NCBI GenBank assembly: GCA_965645245.1
Contig: OZ287069.1
Location: 1,736,001-1,800,000, forward strand
From: Massalongia carnosa
Lineage: Eukaryota
Reading direction: 5' to 3'
DNA length: 64,000 bases
Part shown: in pieces, positions 1 through 14,597 of the stretch
How the letters are laid out: each line of letters begins with the position of its first letter
How positions within the stretch are numbered: position 1 is the first letter of the stretch
The notes under the pieces: model-generated
What the model was told of the DNA's origin: nothing
Databases searched by the model: none
The model's input: the letters and a program-made list of their open reading frames with translations, nothing else
Program-made: the position numbers and the translations under genes

Positions 1-2663
1 CTGGAGGCTTTGCAAGAGATGACGGTGCAAGCCTACGAAAGGTATATTGCTATAGCCCAATATTGGTCGAAGGTTTGTAGAAACTAACCACCAATTAGGC
101 TTACGAAGGTGTGCGTGGTGAGATGGAAGAGGGGTCCAAAAACCATAAAAAGATCGCTTCCAATATCAGCGAGTTGGTAGTGATTCCATTTGGAAAATGG
201 TGTGATGCCCACGAATCTCGCGTACAAAACTCCCAAGATGATTTGCAGGCACGTATTAAGGCGCACGACAAGCAGGCCGAGGTAGTTCGTAAATTACGAA
301 GTCAATATTTTAACAAGTGTCGGCAAGTCGAAGATGTTGAAGAGGAGAACAAACTCGCATTTCAAGGGCCAGAAAAGAACGACGTAGGAAGTCCTAAACC
401 GTTGGCGACGCCAACCATTAAATTACCCGAGAATGAAGACCCCGAGGATGCGCAACCCCTTGAAATTGGAGACGAGACCTATGACCATGAGAGAGTCAAA
501 AAATTTTTAACCGACATATTGAATACGATCAACTTAGGGGAAGCTAAAGTGCCCATCTTGGGTACATACCAGAACGTTTCATCCGGGTCAGAAATTGTTG
601 AATATATTCAAAAGCAAATGGGAGCAAGCAGTATTAGCTATGCAGAACGAATCGGTCAAGACCTTGTCACGCATGGTTTTCTAAGGTTGATAGGAAGCGT
701 AGGAAGTAACTTTGCGAACAGTTCTAAAATGAAATATCAATGGAGACCTAGGGTATTTCAAATCACCGGTATACCTGAGCGAAAGAAGCCTTTGGATCGC
801 ATCACCTCTGCTGGAAGTACATTTGATGGTACCGAATCTCCCACCATGGGTTCCGTGGGAGACATGCTTTCTGGATGGAATCCTTTAAACAACCCATATC
901 CGAATGAGACGCCTGTAGAAAAATTACGCCGGGAGTCAGCTGAGGCAGACGAAAGGTACAAGGTTGGAGTGCGGAGACTGGACCTACTGCGGTGCAACCT
1001 TGAAGAAGTTATGATCGATCATCTTAGGTTCATGGAGCGATGCGAGCTTGACCGCTTGAAAGCCATTAAAGCTGTCATACTGGACTTCTCCGGGGCGATA
1101 AGCAATGTTATTCCTAGCCTTCAAAGCACTGTGGACAATATGATGCTCTACCAAGAGACCGTTCAACCCTTGGGAGATTTAAGATATTTATTAGAAAATT
1201 ATCGAACAGGAGCGTTTGTGCCTCATGTACAAGTCTACGATAATTACTACAATACAGTTGATGGTTAGTATTGTCAGGGTTCTTGGGGTGTGCTTCTTCA
1301 GTTGGCTGACTTTAGCAGAGCAAACATTCGGGGTCGATCTTGAGGCCAGAGCTCGAGCTGATAGAAAACGAGTCCCAATAATTGTGACGACTATCCTTAC
1401 GTTTCTTGACAATCGTAGGAGGATTCCTCTCGATTTTTTCGTCGTTATCTCTACTTATTTCAAAATGCAGATTATCCAGATTTGGAAGGTGACGAGGCTC
1501 GTCGAAGCATTTGGCTTGTGGACGTCCCGCTTGCTGCAACACATCACCTTCGCAACACGATAAACACAGGTAAAGCCATTCCTCGAGAAGTCCTGGAACG
1601 CTACGAGGTACCTATCGTTGCAAGCGCTTTGAAGCTATACCTCCTTGAGCTACCAGGTACCTGCCTACGAATTATCCATCTGTGATTGAACGAACGAACT
1701 GAAATTTTCCTAGATTCCCTTGTCTCCTCCCAAGTTTACGAGATCATCAAAACCATCTACTCCACTCCTGATTCTTCGACATCACCGGAAACTCGCATAT
1801 CCGTCCTCCAGAATACCTTGGGCCAACTTCGTCTTGCCAACATCGCAACTCTCGACGCAATCACTACTCACTTTACCCGCCTTATCGAATTAACCTCCGC
1901 CGACGAAGTATTCGTCTCTTCCCTAGCGCAAATCCTGGCCCCTTGCATCCTTCGCCCCCGAACAGACACTTCCCTCACCATGCACGAGCGTCACAGCTAT
2001 CGCCTCATCCGCGATCTCTTCGCTCACAAAGAAGCTATCTTCGGCGAACTGAAGCGCGCCAGCACTCTGTCTCATACCCCGAGTGGCGGCAGCTCTTCGA
2101 ACCCTCGCCTACGTGCCATCAGCACGGATGAGAGCAACCGGCGAGCCAACATGGAGGCTCGCAACCGTGCCATTGCCTCGAAATCGCGGGCGAGCAGCCC
2201 GGCTCCTCATGCTAACGGCCGGAGTCATCGGCGCGACCGCTCCAGCGGACCGGCGGAAACACGATTCCCGATTCAAACAAGCCCAACGACCGTACCTGAG
2301 GGGCAGCGGAAAGCTGCCGTACGAGCGAGCTTAGAAGTTCCCGCGAGTCAAACTAGCTCGCCGGTGGCGGAAAAGCAGAGCAGCGCACCTATTAGCAACA
2401 GCCACATGCACAGCAGCAATCGCAATTCGATCCCCGAGGACGACGTCCCTCGCAAGGAATCGGCGGCAAGTTATCAAGAGGACGGCGGCAGGTCAGCGAT
2501 CGTGCCGGAAGGCGTAAATGGTGGGTTCGCGGAAAAGAGAGAGTCATTAACGCGAGCGACGAGATATCCGCAACGGAAAAATATAGCGCGGGGAAGTCTA
2601 GGAGATGAGGGTATGAGGCCGATGGTGGGCGTGCAATTGAGCGATAAGCCGATGGATGACTGA
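1..2663 (+). CDS. RGD2: Rho GTPase-activating protein, FCH/F-BAR + DEP + RhoGAP architecture (Rgd2/Rga8 type); 5'-truncated by the window edge
   Basis: ORFs 111-1268, 1482-1685 and 1686-2663 are joined by GT-AG introns at 42-98, 1264-1318, 1415-1470 and 1657-1713. Motifs: DEP-like segment (AERIGQDLVTHGFLRLIG), QTFGVDLEARAR, ASALKLYLLELP.S, LAPCILRPR. Confidence 0.88.
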
Positions 2664-3042
2664 TTTTTTTTTCTTGTTGCGGCTTGGAGCGATTGGGGCT
2701 TGGGGCTTCCGCAAAAGGGAGAAGGGGGAGCGCTAGCTTTCTTTTGTTGCCTCAAATTTGTACTCATAACGTGCTTCCTAAAGGCAGTTTATACTTACAC
2801 GAAGTGGGCCTTTGTCTAATTCATCTGAAGAAGGCACATGAATATCTCAGCATTGCATCCCCGAAAAAACACAAATCTGCGTCTTGGAATTAGAATTGTG
2901 AGGATGTATGTATACAATCGCTCATAAAACAAATGCTGGGCCTTTCCAAACGCACCCCTTTTGCCTCGCTCGGTTTTCCAGAAACCCAACATCAAAATAC
3001 AAAACCAACCCAGCCCATGCTTCACCTGCTCTGAAAACCGCC

Positions 3043-5045
3043 CTACTCATGTTCCTCCAACAAGCCCCTCAGGATCCCTCCTCCAACCCCCTCCAAACAC
3101 CCCTCCAATTCCGCCTCGTTCACCGAGCTAACAATCCTCCTATCCTCACTTTTCCCGCTCTTCTTTCCTGGCGTGACCTTAGCAACGCCCTTCCCTCCGC
3201 CTGCCCCTCCAATCAATCCCAGCGTCTCCAACCCTCCCACCACGTCCGCAAATTCCGTTGTCGTCAGCGGGTGCAGGGCGTTCTCCCGCTTGCACAGCAA
3301 ACAGTATTTTTCGTACAGTTTGCGGATTGTGGGCACCAGGTTAGCTTTGGACGGCGTCGCGAAAATCGAATGGACGCGGCGGTGGTTGGATTTCTCTAAG
3401 GAGATAAGCGCGCAGAGGGCGGCTTTTTGCTGGAGGTTTAATGTTTGCAGGCGCTGCGGGGCGCCGTGGCTTAGAGCGGAGGCGGAGACGCGAGCGACGT
3501 GCGCAATCGTGGCGCGCGGAGCTGTGCTTGGGGTTAAGGTGGAGAGCGATTTGGTGAAGTTAGCGGGGAGGCGAGAGGGGGAAGAGATATTGGGGTTCTC
3601 GTGGAGTGGAGCTTTCGAAGGCGTGTTCGGGAGGACTTCGAAGCCCAATTCCGCTTGATACTTCTCCTTGGTTTCAATCTCTACAAGATCGATCGTTCGC
3701 CGAATAATATCAAATGCTTTGCGAAGGTCTCCGGTTTGCGACGCAACTTTCTTCGCACAGAACTGAACTGCAGCAGGGTGGAGGAAGGGAAGATAGTCAG
3801 GTTGAGCTGTAGGAGGAGACAGAGGAAGCGTTTGGAGTTTTGTTGTGATGACAGATGCAATCTGCGGCGCCGTGTAAGGAAGAAACGGTAAAAGTTGCGG
3901 TTTTAAATTTCTCGCTTTCAACCGCGGGAGAAAGCGATCGGTCAAGTCGAGGGCGTTGGCAATGCCGACCAGTATAAGTCGCGAATAACGGTGGATGGAC
4001 CATTCAAACAACGAGTAAAGGATTTCCAAATCGAGCGTTAAAAGATGGTCTATTTCATCCAGAGTTACGACATAAACGGGACCTGGAGAGTTCTTTTTGG
4101 GGATGAAAATTGCTTTCAACTGTTCAATCTCTTCATCCTCGAAATCTCCATTTTTATGGGTAAGGTCCCTGATCAGCCTTCTATAAATATCCTTGGAGTT
4201 TTTGACGCTCATACAGTTAATGTATGCACTCTGAACGTCTGAGGATTCTTGGACTTCGTGGCAGACCTCCGAGACAAGAGCACTCTTCCCAGTCCCTGGA
4301 GGCCCGCTAACGTACAAACATTGCCCGGTCTTCTTCTGAATCCGGGTGTGAAGAAATGACTTTAGTTCCTGCCTTTCCGTTTCTCGCCCGATCAAGCGCC
4401 CTGGATCTGCATTTCTTGTAAAGAGCTGACGTGCGACATTATACACAGTCGGCGTATTACTCGGAGTCGACGGTGTACGAGGCGTACGAGGCGTGGGATA
4501 TTTTCCAATCAGGCCGACCCGATGGCACGGGGTGATAGGTACCTTCTTGGACAGGGCATCGCGGTATCGATGTGTCTGGGGCGTCGCAAGCTGGCTTGGC
4601 TCTTTACCTTGCTCTGGAGATCATTAGGATAAACTACCAAGCCGAATCCAGCCTGCCAACTTACTTAGGACTGCCTTTGTGGTTTTGAAATGACCTTTGA
4701 TTTTAGCAGGAGACAAAGCATCTCTCCCTTTATCGACGAAGCGCTTGGCCGACAGCTTGACAACCTCTGCGTATTTGCTTGAAGATAAGAACTGGGTTTC
4801 CAGCGCATCCACTTGCATGCCATCGTCATACTGGGTATCATAGTCTCCATTTGGTGCGAGATTGGGGTATGCATTCTCATCGTTGGTGATCGGAAGAATA
4901 GCTCTGCGCTTGACGCGCGAGGAAATAGGGGACAATTCTGAGATGGAATATTAGTAGAGGGCAGTGGCAGTCAAGACGTTGATAAAAAAATACCTTTGGT
5001 AGATTCGGTTGGTCTTGCTCTTTTTCCCAGGACCGACGGAGCCAT
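3043..5045 (-). CDS. CDC6: Cell division control protein Cdc6/Cdc18 (AAA+ replication initiator)
   Basis: Walker A GPPGTGKS, Walker B LDEIDHL, LILVGIANALDLTDRFLPRL, GDLRKAFD and a C-terminal winged-helix-like region. Start MAPSVLGKRAR at 5045; introns 4993-4938 and 4664-4614. Confidence 0.95.
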
Positions 5046-5126
5046 TGTTGAGAAGTTCTTGCTGCTTTGATGAGCCAAGGAAGGTGGGATGGGAAGGAGG
5101 TTTTAGGATGGATGCTGTTTTTACGG

Positions 5127-5179
5127 ACGCGTGGGGGAGGCACATCCCGCAACACGAGCTCATCGTTTAGTCGCGTTTT
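5127..5179 (-). promoter_or_regulatory. MCB (MluI cell-cycle box) elements upstream of CDC6
   Basis: ACGCGT at 5127-5132 (about 80 bp upstream of the ATG) and an ACGCGA variant at about 5171-5176. CDC6/cdc18 are established MBF/MCB targets in yeasts. Confidence 0.55.
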
Positions 5180-5314
5180 TACATTACAGCACATTGGTAT
5201 CGCTTGTATTGGAGTATTGGCACAATATTTGTGCAAATCGTTGTGCTTCCGTCTGAACGCTATTACCTAACCACGACCAGCGGAAGTATTCCGTCCAGCC
5301 TCAAATCTGCTTTA

Positions 5315-7094
5315 ACGTCTTAGCCACCCATTCGGGCCAGCCACCCAATCGGGCCACCCCTCGAAATTAATCTTTTCCTTCCAATCCACCACCATCACTC
5401 CTTTATCGATAAACTATATATAAAATGCCTAAAAACATACCCGTACATGACTCTGCTACTAGATTACAGTTGGCTATTGACGAAATACGCAAAAACCCGG
5501 GCATTTCGCAGCGGGAGATAGCGCGCATTTACGGAGTTCCCCGATCGACCTTACAAGCCCGTCTTCGAGGCAGACGGGACGCAAAAACCTCCCATGAGGC
5601 CACTCAAAGACTATCAGTAGAAGAAGAACAGGGCTTGATCACGTGGATAGATCGGATGACTGCATGGGGTTGGCCACCTAGTATTCAACACCTTGAGGGC
5701 ATGACCAAAAGTCTGCTGGAAGCAAAAGGAGACTCAAAACCCCTAGGACATCATTGGTATAAAAATTCATGAATAGACATCCCCAATACAGAACTAAATT
5801 TTAAAGAAACTTGGATCAATCCAGAAAAGACGCAAGTCATCCCAAAATCCTGAAGGAATGGTTTGAACTGTACATGACCACCCTAGCAAAGTATGGAGTC
5901 GCAGATGAAGATATTTACAATATGGATGAAAAGGGTTTTGCCATGGGCATTGCGGATAGTTCTAAAGTGATAGTCAAGAGGGAAACAACCCCATTCAATG
6001 TGCATCCAGGGATTAGGGACTGGGTTTCTTTAATCGAATGCATATCCTCTCGCGGAACAGTTCTCCCTGCCTATATCATTTTCCAGGGTAGTCAGGTTCA
6101 AAAAGATTGGTTAGAGGCCATTGCTGATCCTTTGACCACTCTGCAAGTCAGCCCTAATGGTTGGACGGATGCAGAGATAGGTTTTCATTGGCTAGAACAT
6201 GTCTTCCATCCGCAGACAAAACGCACACAGGGGATTTATAGAATGTTGATTGTGGATGGTCATGAAAGTCATATATCCATGAACTTTATTAAGTTCTGCG
6301 ACCAGGAGAAAATCATAGCCCTTTTTTTGCCACCTCATTCTACTCATCTATTGCAGCCATTAGATGTGGGTGTTTTTGGCCCGCTATCTAAGGCTTACAA
6401 GACGCTTGTTTCTGCGCGGTCTCGTTACGGGGCCGTAAATATCTCGAAATTGGAGTTCCTACACCTTATTCAGGAGGCTAGAAAGCAAGCTATGACGTTC
6501 ATCAATATCATGAATGCATGGCGCGGGGCAGGTCTTATTCCATACAATCCCGAGCATGTTTTAGGCAAATTGCCTAGATCTATCATTCCTTCACCTCGTG
6601 ACATCGTCACCACTACCCCCACAACGAAAAAACGCATTCAGGTAGCTAGCGATGCTTTGTTAATCCGTGTAACTCCATCTCTCCGCGCGCATGTTGAATT
6701 GCTTCAAACAACCGCATTGAATGCCGTGGCTGATAGAGTTATCCTACGGCATACCAATCAGGAACTAGTTGAAAAACAGGCTCAGCGACGCCAAAAGGCG
6801 TCTAGAAAGGGGTGTGATAAAGCGAGGGTGCTAACTGTGGGTGAGGGGCTGGCTAAGATCGAAGAGAAACAGCAAAAAGAGGAGGCATTAGCCAGAGAAA
6901 GGAGCGATATCATGCTTTAAATGGTAAAGTGAAGTTCGCAAAGGCCGTCTGGAAAGAAATGCGTATGGATAGTGATATTTTTAGTTAATTTTGGGGATGG
7001 TAGAAGCATCGTGGTGATGTTGTTTTCCTTTTGGTGGAGGGGATAGTTGGCCAGGATATTTTTGATGTGGTGGCCCGATTGGGTGGCTGGCCCG
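5315..7094 (+). mobile_element. Fot1/Pot2 (pogo-family) DNA transposon, defective, right TIR truncated
   Basis: Left end is TA|ACGTCTTAGCCACCCATTCGGGCCAGCCACCCAATCGGGCCACC (from 5315). Only the inner 26 bp of its reverse complement survive, at 7069-7094. A transposase lies inside. Confidence 0.9.
5425..6988 (+). pseudogene. Fot1/pogo transposase pseudogene (HTH psq, CENP-B-type HTH, DDE_1)
   Basis: Motifs YNMDEKGF, LIVDGHESH and PPHSTHLLQPLDVGVF. Lesions: frameshift at about 5766, in-frame TAA at 5802-5804, second frameshift at about 6900. Confidence 0.9.
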
Positions 7095-7342
7095 TTACGG
7101 AATTGTAAAACTTCGTGAACCACTAGCCCTTTTGGGCGCTAATCTTTAGCCTCTAAGTTGAACGAACTACGAAATGAACATAGCTACTCCACAACCTCCT
7201 TCTGCAGTAATTCTACATACGCCTAGCCATCCATCAACCCGTCAAGCCAGCATGTACAGAGTACTCGTACGATGAATGAGCCACGCCAAATGATCCGGTC
7301 CAGCCCAATATTTTATGGTGATGACCGCTTCATCACGAGACT

Positions 7343-10300
7343 ATGCAGAACAATCAGTCTCAGAACTCTCTGTCGCAGCGCTCAGGTGGAAATAGACCCC
7401 CGCCAATTAGCAAGTACTACTATGGACCTGCGCAGTCCTGGAGCTCTGCCGATAGGTCTCCCAACCCAGAGGGTAAGCCTACCCAATTCCTTGTTGAGAA
7501 TGATAGTTGACGGAACATGTCAGGGAGTCCTGGGTGGGGTGTAAGCGGTGCGATAGAAACCTTCCCCCCCTTACCATCGCGCGCATCCCCAGTACCCTCG
7601 AATCTTCAGTCGAGGACCCTCCCATCCCCGTCAGCGCATTCTCCGCAACCATGGCAGCTACCCGGCCCTTCTGCTTATCCGCTACCCTCCCAGGTAAGCC
7701 AAGCGGTGCCAACGGCTTACAACCCTAATACGTACGGCCTCATGCCCAGCACACGTCAATCGCCAGTCAATCGTCTATGGATTCAGCGCGACTCTGGGAG
7801 CACGTCGGACATCCTCAAATTGCCTCACTCTCCTGGGAGCACTTTCGAGACCTCCAGAACAAGTTCAAAATATACTAATAATTTTACGCCAAGTTCTACC
7901 CAGGCACTGAAGCCAGCTTTACCCGTGAGTCATTTCATACTTTTTGCATATTCACCTACCTTGACTAACTCCCCAATCTCCGATAGCCACGCACTCATAA
8001 ACTTTCCAACGAAGGGCAGAAGTACAACCACGAGCCACCATTGGTTTCTAAAGAATCTGCTCCGTGGGCATCCCGGGAGCCCCAGATACTTCAGGCGCAA
8101 GCGCAGCTCCTGCGGCCCGTTGCCTACAACCCCATCCCTCCCCAATTATTGACAAGTCGATATAATGGTTTACCTTCTACAGGCGAGAAGCCTTCAGAAT
8201 CAACGATTGGGCCGATCCGCATGCCACCCCCTAAACCACCCAAGCTGCCTCAAGATTATGAGGATGACTCTCTACGACATGCTAAAAGTGCTTCTCGGAA
8301 AGCGTCACACTCATCTAAACCGAATCTTCATTATCCCGAACCCGTCCTTAACCAAGCCCAGGGGCAACACCAGGATTTCTTGGAACAACCACACCGCAAA
8401 TCATCGCCAGCGGCTGTTCAAACTACCGAATCAGCTACATCATATAATCGGCAACACGGAAACATCAGCCACGACGAAGAGCAGTCGCATCAGCGTTCCA
8501 ATAATTCGTCGGCGACACATTCAGGCCTCCTAAACCATAGAGCCCAACAAGAACAAGAGACGACAAAACCGTCTACTATTGGCAATACCTCCCACAGAAT
8601 CTCTGAGGATAATGATGATCTTCATTGGATGCTGCCGTTGATCAATGAGAACTCCGCAAGCGCTAAAATGTCTTCTAAAGAGCCTGAAATCTTTGTTCCC
8701 TGCCAACCTCAACAACAAGCTTTCGATGCTTCACACCAATCGCCCAATGCCGTAAAACCGAAACAATACCCCTCATCATCATCATCATCATCCAGGCAGT
8801 CTAGCAATCAGCTTGTTCATGGAATTGAAAAGCCGTCAATGCAGCATCAGAACCTTCAACCATCAGGCGATGCTAATGATGAGCATCAGCATACTGACAC
8901 GTTTCACCTGGTTTCCGGTCATTCCAACATTGATTCTCAGAGAATTGATGATCCCCCACCAGCACAACTCATGGGCTTAAGTACCATTAATGGTCATCAG
9001 GATTTGCAAAAGCTAGCATCTGCCAACACTCTCCATAAAGAAGCCACCACTAAAGAGGATGCTTCCATATATGCTTCTCCTGGCAAACCATATAACGCGT
9101 CTGCCCTAGGATTTGGCGGGCCTTCCGACTGGGAGCATTTTGGCGATTACCAAGCTATGGAGGTAGACGATACAGATCTATATGGCGGGAACAAAGCTTA
9201 TCCTGTTTCGAAAGAGGAGAGCGATTCGGCTGAGCTACCGGGAGAAAAGTCACCTATCGACGACCTGAAACACCTTGATCGATCTCATATTATAAATGTC
9301 AAAGAAGCGCCTAGCTCGGGAAATATATACCCCATACCAGCACGGCTTCGACCTGCAATCCGATCTCAAAGTACCCCGCCTCCAACTGAAGCACCCAATG
9401 CCGAGCCTGTAAAGCCAATCCCCAGCCCACCATACGAACAACCCTTTATAGTACGCCAGAAAAGGACCGATAGCTTATCGAATAGCTACGAGGGAGTACG
9501 TCTACCTACCTTAGAAATAGAAGTGGACGAGCGGATACGATTAGGAACAGAAACTCCGAGCTCTAATAAAGTTTGCGAAAACCAGTCCCCTAATGCAAAA
9601 TCTAGATCTCCAGAAATCCCAAACTCCAAACGCTCTGAGTGTGATAAGCTCCAAGAGACAGCATCTAATCCCGATCCAATATTTGTTCCGGCAAGACTGT
9701 CAACAGGCTCTGATCATTCCACCCATCAGCGGCATCCTACAGAAGCTCAACCTGAGATTAACCCGATTGCTAGATTCGAAGACACGGGGACCACTTCGGG
9801 GTTGAGGAACAGTACTGTTAGTTCGCAAACAAATAATAGTGAGCCTGAGGTTAGAGCTACAGGTATTGATGAACCCCGACCAATTTTGGGATCAATCCAG
9901 GAACAAGAATCCATCGAAAGAATGCAAGACATCACCGCAGATATTACGATGGTTTCTTCATATTCCACAAATGAAACTATCGTGAAAGAGACTGCTAAAG
10001 ATCATCCAACATCTAGCAATGCCAGCTCTCCGACAAAAATAGTACAAAATGTGCAATTCCTTTCAAGTCTGAATGGCTCAATCAATCAACGGCTTTCTAA
10101 AAGTGAACAGTCAGTAAGCAATTTAGATAGTAGTCCCATCAGTGCAAGGTTCCCCTTGATTTCAGACGAGAACGCCTTGCAGCTTCAATGTACAGACGAA
10201 AATCTAGATTTGGCTATATCTAGTGATCAAGGTAATCTTATAGCGAACAGATCGTTACTAGACACTCCCTCTGAGTCACATAAAACGTCAATATCCTTGG

Positions 10301-12810
10301 TGTCCGAGGATGATATCGATCAAACGGGGCCTATCGAACAGAATTCAACGTCTACCTACCACCATGGTGCACTAGAAACAATCGGGCCAGAGGCACACAT
10401 GAATGCGACAGATCTAGAGCGATTGGAGACAACGAATCTATCAAGCCCAGTTACTATCGTTGACAATATGAGTTCACATGAGTATTCCCAGAACTCTTTG
10501 AATGTACCTCCTGATCCACAAGCAAATAGTGCTACCTTGGTGACGAATCTTGAGGCAGAGAGTCCTAATAAAAGCCTAGATCCTTGGGGGAAAGCGTCGC
10601 TCAATCGATATGTGGCTATGCTTAATGAAGAAGCTCAAGCTAAAACAGATAAAGAAAAGTTAAATATTTTTATGGTTTTCGCCAATCGGGAGTCCAGGCT
10701 ACGGGCGGTTCTCTATGGAACTGATGATGCTACAACGAGTATCGAACAAACCCCAAACCGAAATGCCCCCAAACATCTGGCTACAACGCTGACCAAACGT
10801 TCCCATAAAGCATTACCAGCCTTACCAGCCTTACCAAGGCAGGGGGAACTCCAGGTCCAACAGATGGCTAATGAGTCTTCCGGGGCATCATCTACCACTC
10901 AAGATCTTCAGGCTGTGTCCAACTTAGGATCCACCACTCTACGGGAGGAAACTAGAGCAGATCAATTATCTAGACTTAGCACCACTTCGAAAGGTGGATC
11001 ACCAATAGATGATATGGAGTACAGTCCTGGAGGGAGGCCAATAGTAACACGTGCTAATGTTACCGAGGACGGTCTCAAGAAGCCTAGTTCCGAGCTATCT
11101 CTACGAGAGAAAGTTAGCAAGGTCTTTACCCAGGTTGCTAGTTTCACAAGTTCAATTCCTTCTACTGGTACGGATGGACCTATCGTTGCGAACCCCGACG
11201 TCCTGGGTAGCTATCAGAAGCTTGCCTACATGCCATTTAAAAATGAAGGGCGTGTAGAGTCTAATCAAACCGGTCGTAACCGACAATCTGCCTACAGACC
11301 GTACGCGGCGTTGAAATTTAGCACACCAGATAACAAAACTGATGCGTCCACAGAGTATGAGGGAAAGAAGGAAAAGGCCAGCGAAACCCACATCATAGCC
11401 ACCTCGGATATGAAAAGCCAAAATGATTATGCTAGAGGAGTAAACGACAGAGTACTTGACGTTGTACCCGCCGAGGAGAAGCGCCAAACCAATGCTTCCC
11501 TCGATCTGCGGCGGTTTGTAAGAGCCGACTTCGATCCTTTAGTCTCCGTGTTACCGTCTTCTACAACCATCCATCCGGAGCCTATCCAGCTTCAAGATAT
11601 GCAAAAAGCGATGGACGCTATTCCAGATGACTTTAGCTTCATTCATCACAGCGTCTTGGTTTGGGACGCTGAAGCTAAGAAGAAACGCGAAAACCATGAA
11701 AAAGAGCGGCATATAAGACAGGGCGAATCTGAGCGCAAAATTGATGCGCTTTTCGACGACCACGAGATTGGGTATGGAGATATTCCGGAGCTGGAGTCCG
11801 AGTTCAAAAAATCTGAAGCTGCTCGGAAAACCGATGAAGACCGTGCTGAATATCAGACATTTCTAGCGAGTGTCTTCGATGTGGTTTGGACTCGTCTGCA
11901 TTACGAGATCGCCCAGTTGCCTCCCCTTTACGAGGAATATACCCAAAAACTGAAGGATGCTTTGGTTGGCAAAGACATGTTTGAAGGATCTGCCAAGGAT
12001 TCTGCTCTTGCTCCAATGATGAGTTTGCTACTTGCTCTACATCAAAAGATTGAGATTCGCCACCAGAAAGCATTTGAAGCAGTACTGGAAAGAGACCGTC
12101 GGCTTAAGAAGACCGAGGTCTCCCCTTGGTACACTCTCGGAAATGTTGCCAAAGTTAAACAGCTTGAAAAACAGTTCGAGAGTGCTGAGAAAAAAACCAT
12201 AGTTGAGTACTGCAAACAACGTAGTATTAGAGCCAACCAGCTCATGGATATACTGGACCAGAACACACTTAGGGGAGTTGGCGCGAATCAAGACTACATG
12301 GAAGCTATTATGAAAAGTATTCGTAGGATTGCTTCAGGACGTGCTTTTGCTTCCATGCCTTCAAGCGAGTCTGGACTTGGCGTGGATGAAGTGATGAAAG
12401 CGAAATCCGTCACAGCTACCCTTGCAAGTTCGTCGGAGCAGCTTGTGCAAACCTTTCATGTAGCGGATATGCTCTTAAATGCCGCCGATTATGAAGTCTC
12501 GGTTGCAAATGCTAGGCTGGCGAATTCGGATGCGAAGACTTTTACGCGGCTTGAAGAAGAACGATCTAAAGAGGACCAGAAGCTAATGGGAAATCTAGAA
12601 CATCGTTTGGCTCTCATCAGGAAAGACACGAGGAGGACACAAGATGAAATTGTGAAGCTTCTCCTATTTTTAGGGGTTCAGAATGGACATGCTGAGGGTT
12701 CGCAAATGAGCTCGCCGCCACCTTCGTCTAACCCTGAGAATGGAGATAGAGCTGAGAAGGCCATAGAAAACGCTAAAAGGAGAAATGCGCGAAAGCAATC
12801 TGTTGGATGA
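7343..12810 (+). CDS. Large conserved fungal hypothetical protein (long disordered N-terminus, helical/coiled-coil C-terminal domain)
   Basis: The 1589-aa ORF extends upstream through in-phase introns 7473-7523 and 7925-7986 to the ATG at 7343 (MQNNQSQ). Conserved-looking blocks: FGGPSDWEHFG, YSPGGRP, IDALFDDHEIGYGDI. Confidence 0.8.
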
Positions 12811-13826
12811 GGCAGCATGAGGTACATAAGGTAATACTGGATATGTCATTATTTTTTTTTGGACCAGCGACGACACTGTCCTGCATTTAACTGAAAGGCG
12901 AAAAGCGTACCGGTTTCCGTATTCAAACCACGACTTAACATGATGTACGAGTTCTTCTCCTGCAACAATCGTGGGTTCCTTGTATTCGATTCCCGTCTGG
13001 AGCTACCTTACCCCTTTCTCTCCTCCCATCTGCTGTTTCAAGCACGCCGTGGCAAAGATGGTTTTTTAAAGTTTTCCCATTGTTCCCTCAGCAAGGCCGT
13101 GCTCAGACGGCGTGGTGTAGCGAAGGGGGAGTGTTTGGGGCGGAAACGAGGGGTGGGTGTATATCCGAGCGGCGAAGCCACCCATCCATGCATGCATACA
13201 TACATGCATGCGTTCCCGGACTGACTGGAAGCGATCGATCCTTCCAGGGCTGAGTGTATGACGGAGGATCAGCAGCATGAACGGCCCTGAGGTGAGAAAC
13301 GGAACGACGGTTTTACGAAACGGGTTTATCGACGGATGGATGGATGGATGGATGGGAGCAGGCAGGCAGGCAGTGCATGGATACCAAAACAGATCCGGTG
13401 CGATCCTTACACTTGGGTGAGGACGGCTCGCGTTCTCGAAGGGGGCCGTTAGGCTAGGTTGTGTTGGGTAGCAAAGACGATCTCGCGGACTGTGGAATCG
13501 GGTACATAGGCCATGCGGGCTCGTGTATATGCGTATATCTATCTATATATTACGCAAACATATATAAAGTACACAAACATTCGCCCGCAAAAAAAATCCC
13601 ACGAAAATCCGTTCGCCCTCAGTCAAGCAGCCGAAAGAAAAGTGTATAGCTAAGTTACCTAGATCAGAGCAAGATGGACAGATAGATACTATTATGATAC
13701 AGTAACCAGCAACCAGTAAGCCATAACACTGACATCAAACCAACCCCTAAAACCCCCCCTCCTCCTTCTCCTCCTCCTTCCCCCCCCCCCCACTCCTCCC
13801 TTTTCCCCAAGAACAACACATCCAGA

Positions 13827-13829
<3 letters not shown>

Positions 13830-13870
<41 letters not shown>
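13830..13870. repeat. (TC)n/(TTTC)n microsatellite
   Basis: Run of tc dinucleotides followed by tttc units; (GGATT)n nearby at about 13935-13956. Confidence 0.85.
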
Positions 13871-13873
<3 letters not shown>

Positions 13874-14597
13874 TCGTTAAGAGGAGGGGGGCGCGTACAG
13901 GAGGGTTTGGGAGAGACGGTGACGGGGATGGAGATGGATTGGATTGGATTGGATTGGGGTTGTGGTATAGTATAAAATTTTTTTTGCGTGGTCTCTATAG
14001 CTTTTTTTCTTCTTCTTTTCAGTTGGTATTTACTATGCATGCTCGGAGTTCCGCCAGAAAACGAACTGATTGGGTTGAGTGCGTGGGAAAGCACACAAGT
14101 ACATACAGAGTACGGCGGGAAATAAATGTAGGCTGGAAAAACGATTAAATTTTCTTTTCACTCCCAAATACTGCGCAAAAGATCACATTCATTCCCTTCC
14201 CCCCAACCCCACCTCCCCAAACCCCCCTATATATAGTTTGATTCATCGTTAATATCTGTAATGCGCATGAATGGCCCTACCCAATCCCATGCCCTGAGTT
14301 GGTCAACTTTTTTCGCCATTTGAGCAAACCCCCACCCTTCCGCCCCCCGCCTGCGTCTGTTGCTTGCGTGCGGGCAGGAGAGAAAAGGGAAAGCCGCTAT
14401 CGTATACGGGGCTTCCTTTTCCTTTCGACATATTCGTAGTACTCCTGGGTTTTTCCCCTTCCCGTTTGCTCGCTAACGACGTTTGACATTATGTGATCAG
14501 AAAACAGGTGGCGAATACAAGGATGTTACGATCGCTTGGCTGCAGATACTAATACAGAAGAACGGACAAGACAATGAGTGCTCGGTGCCGAGGAAAT

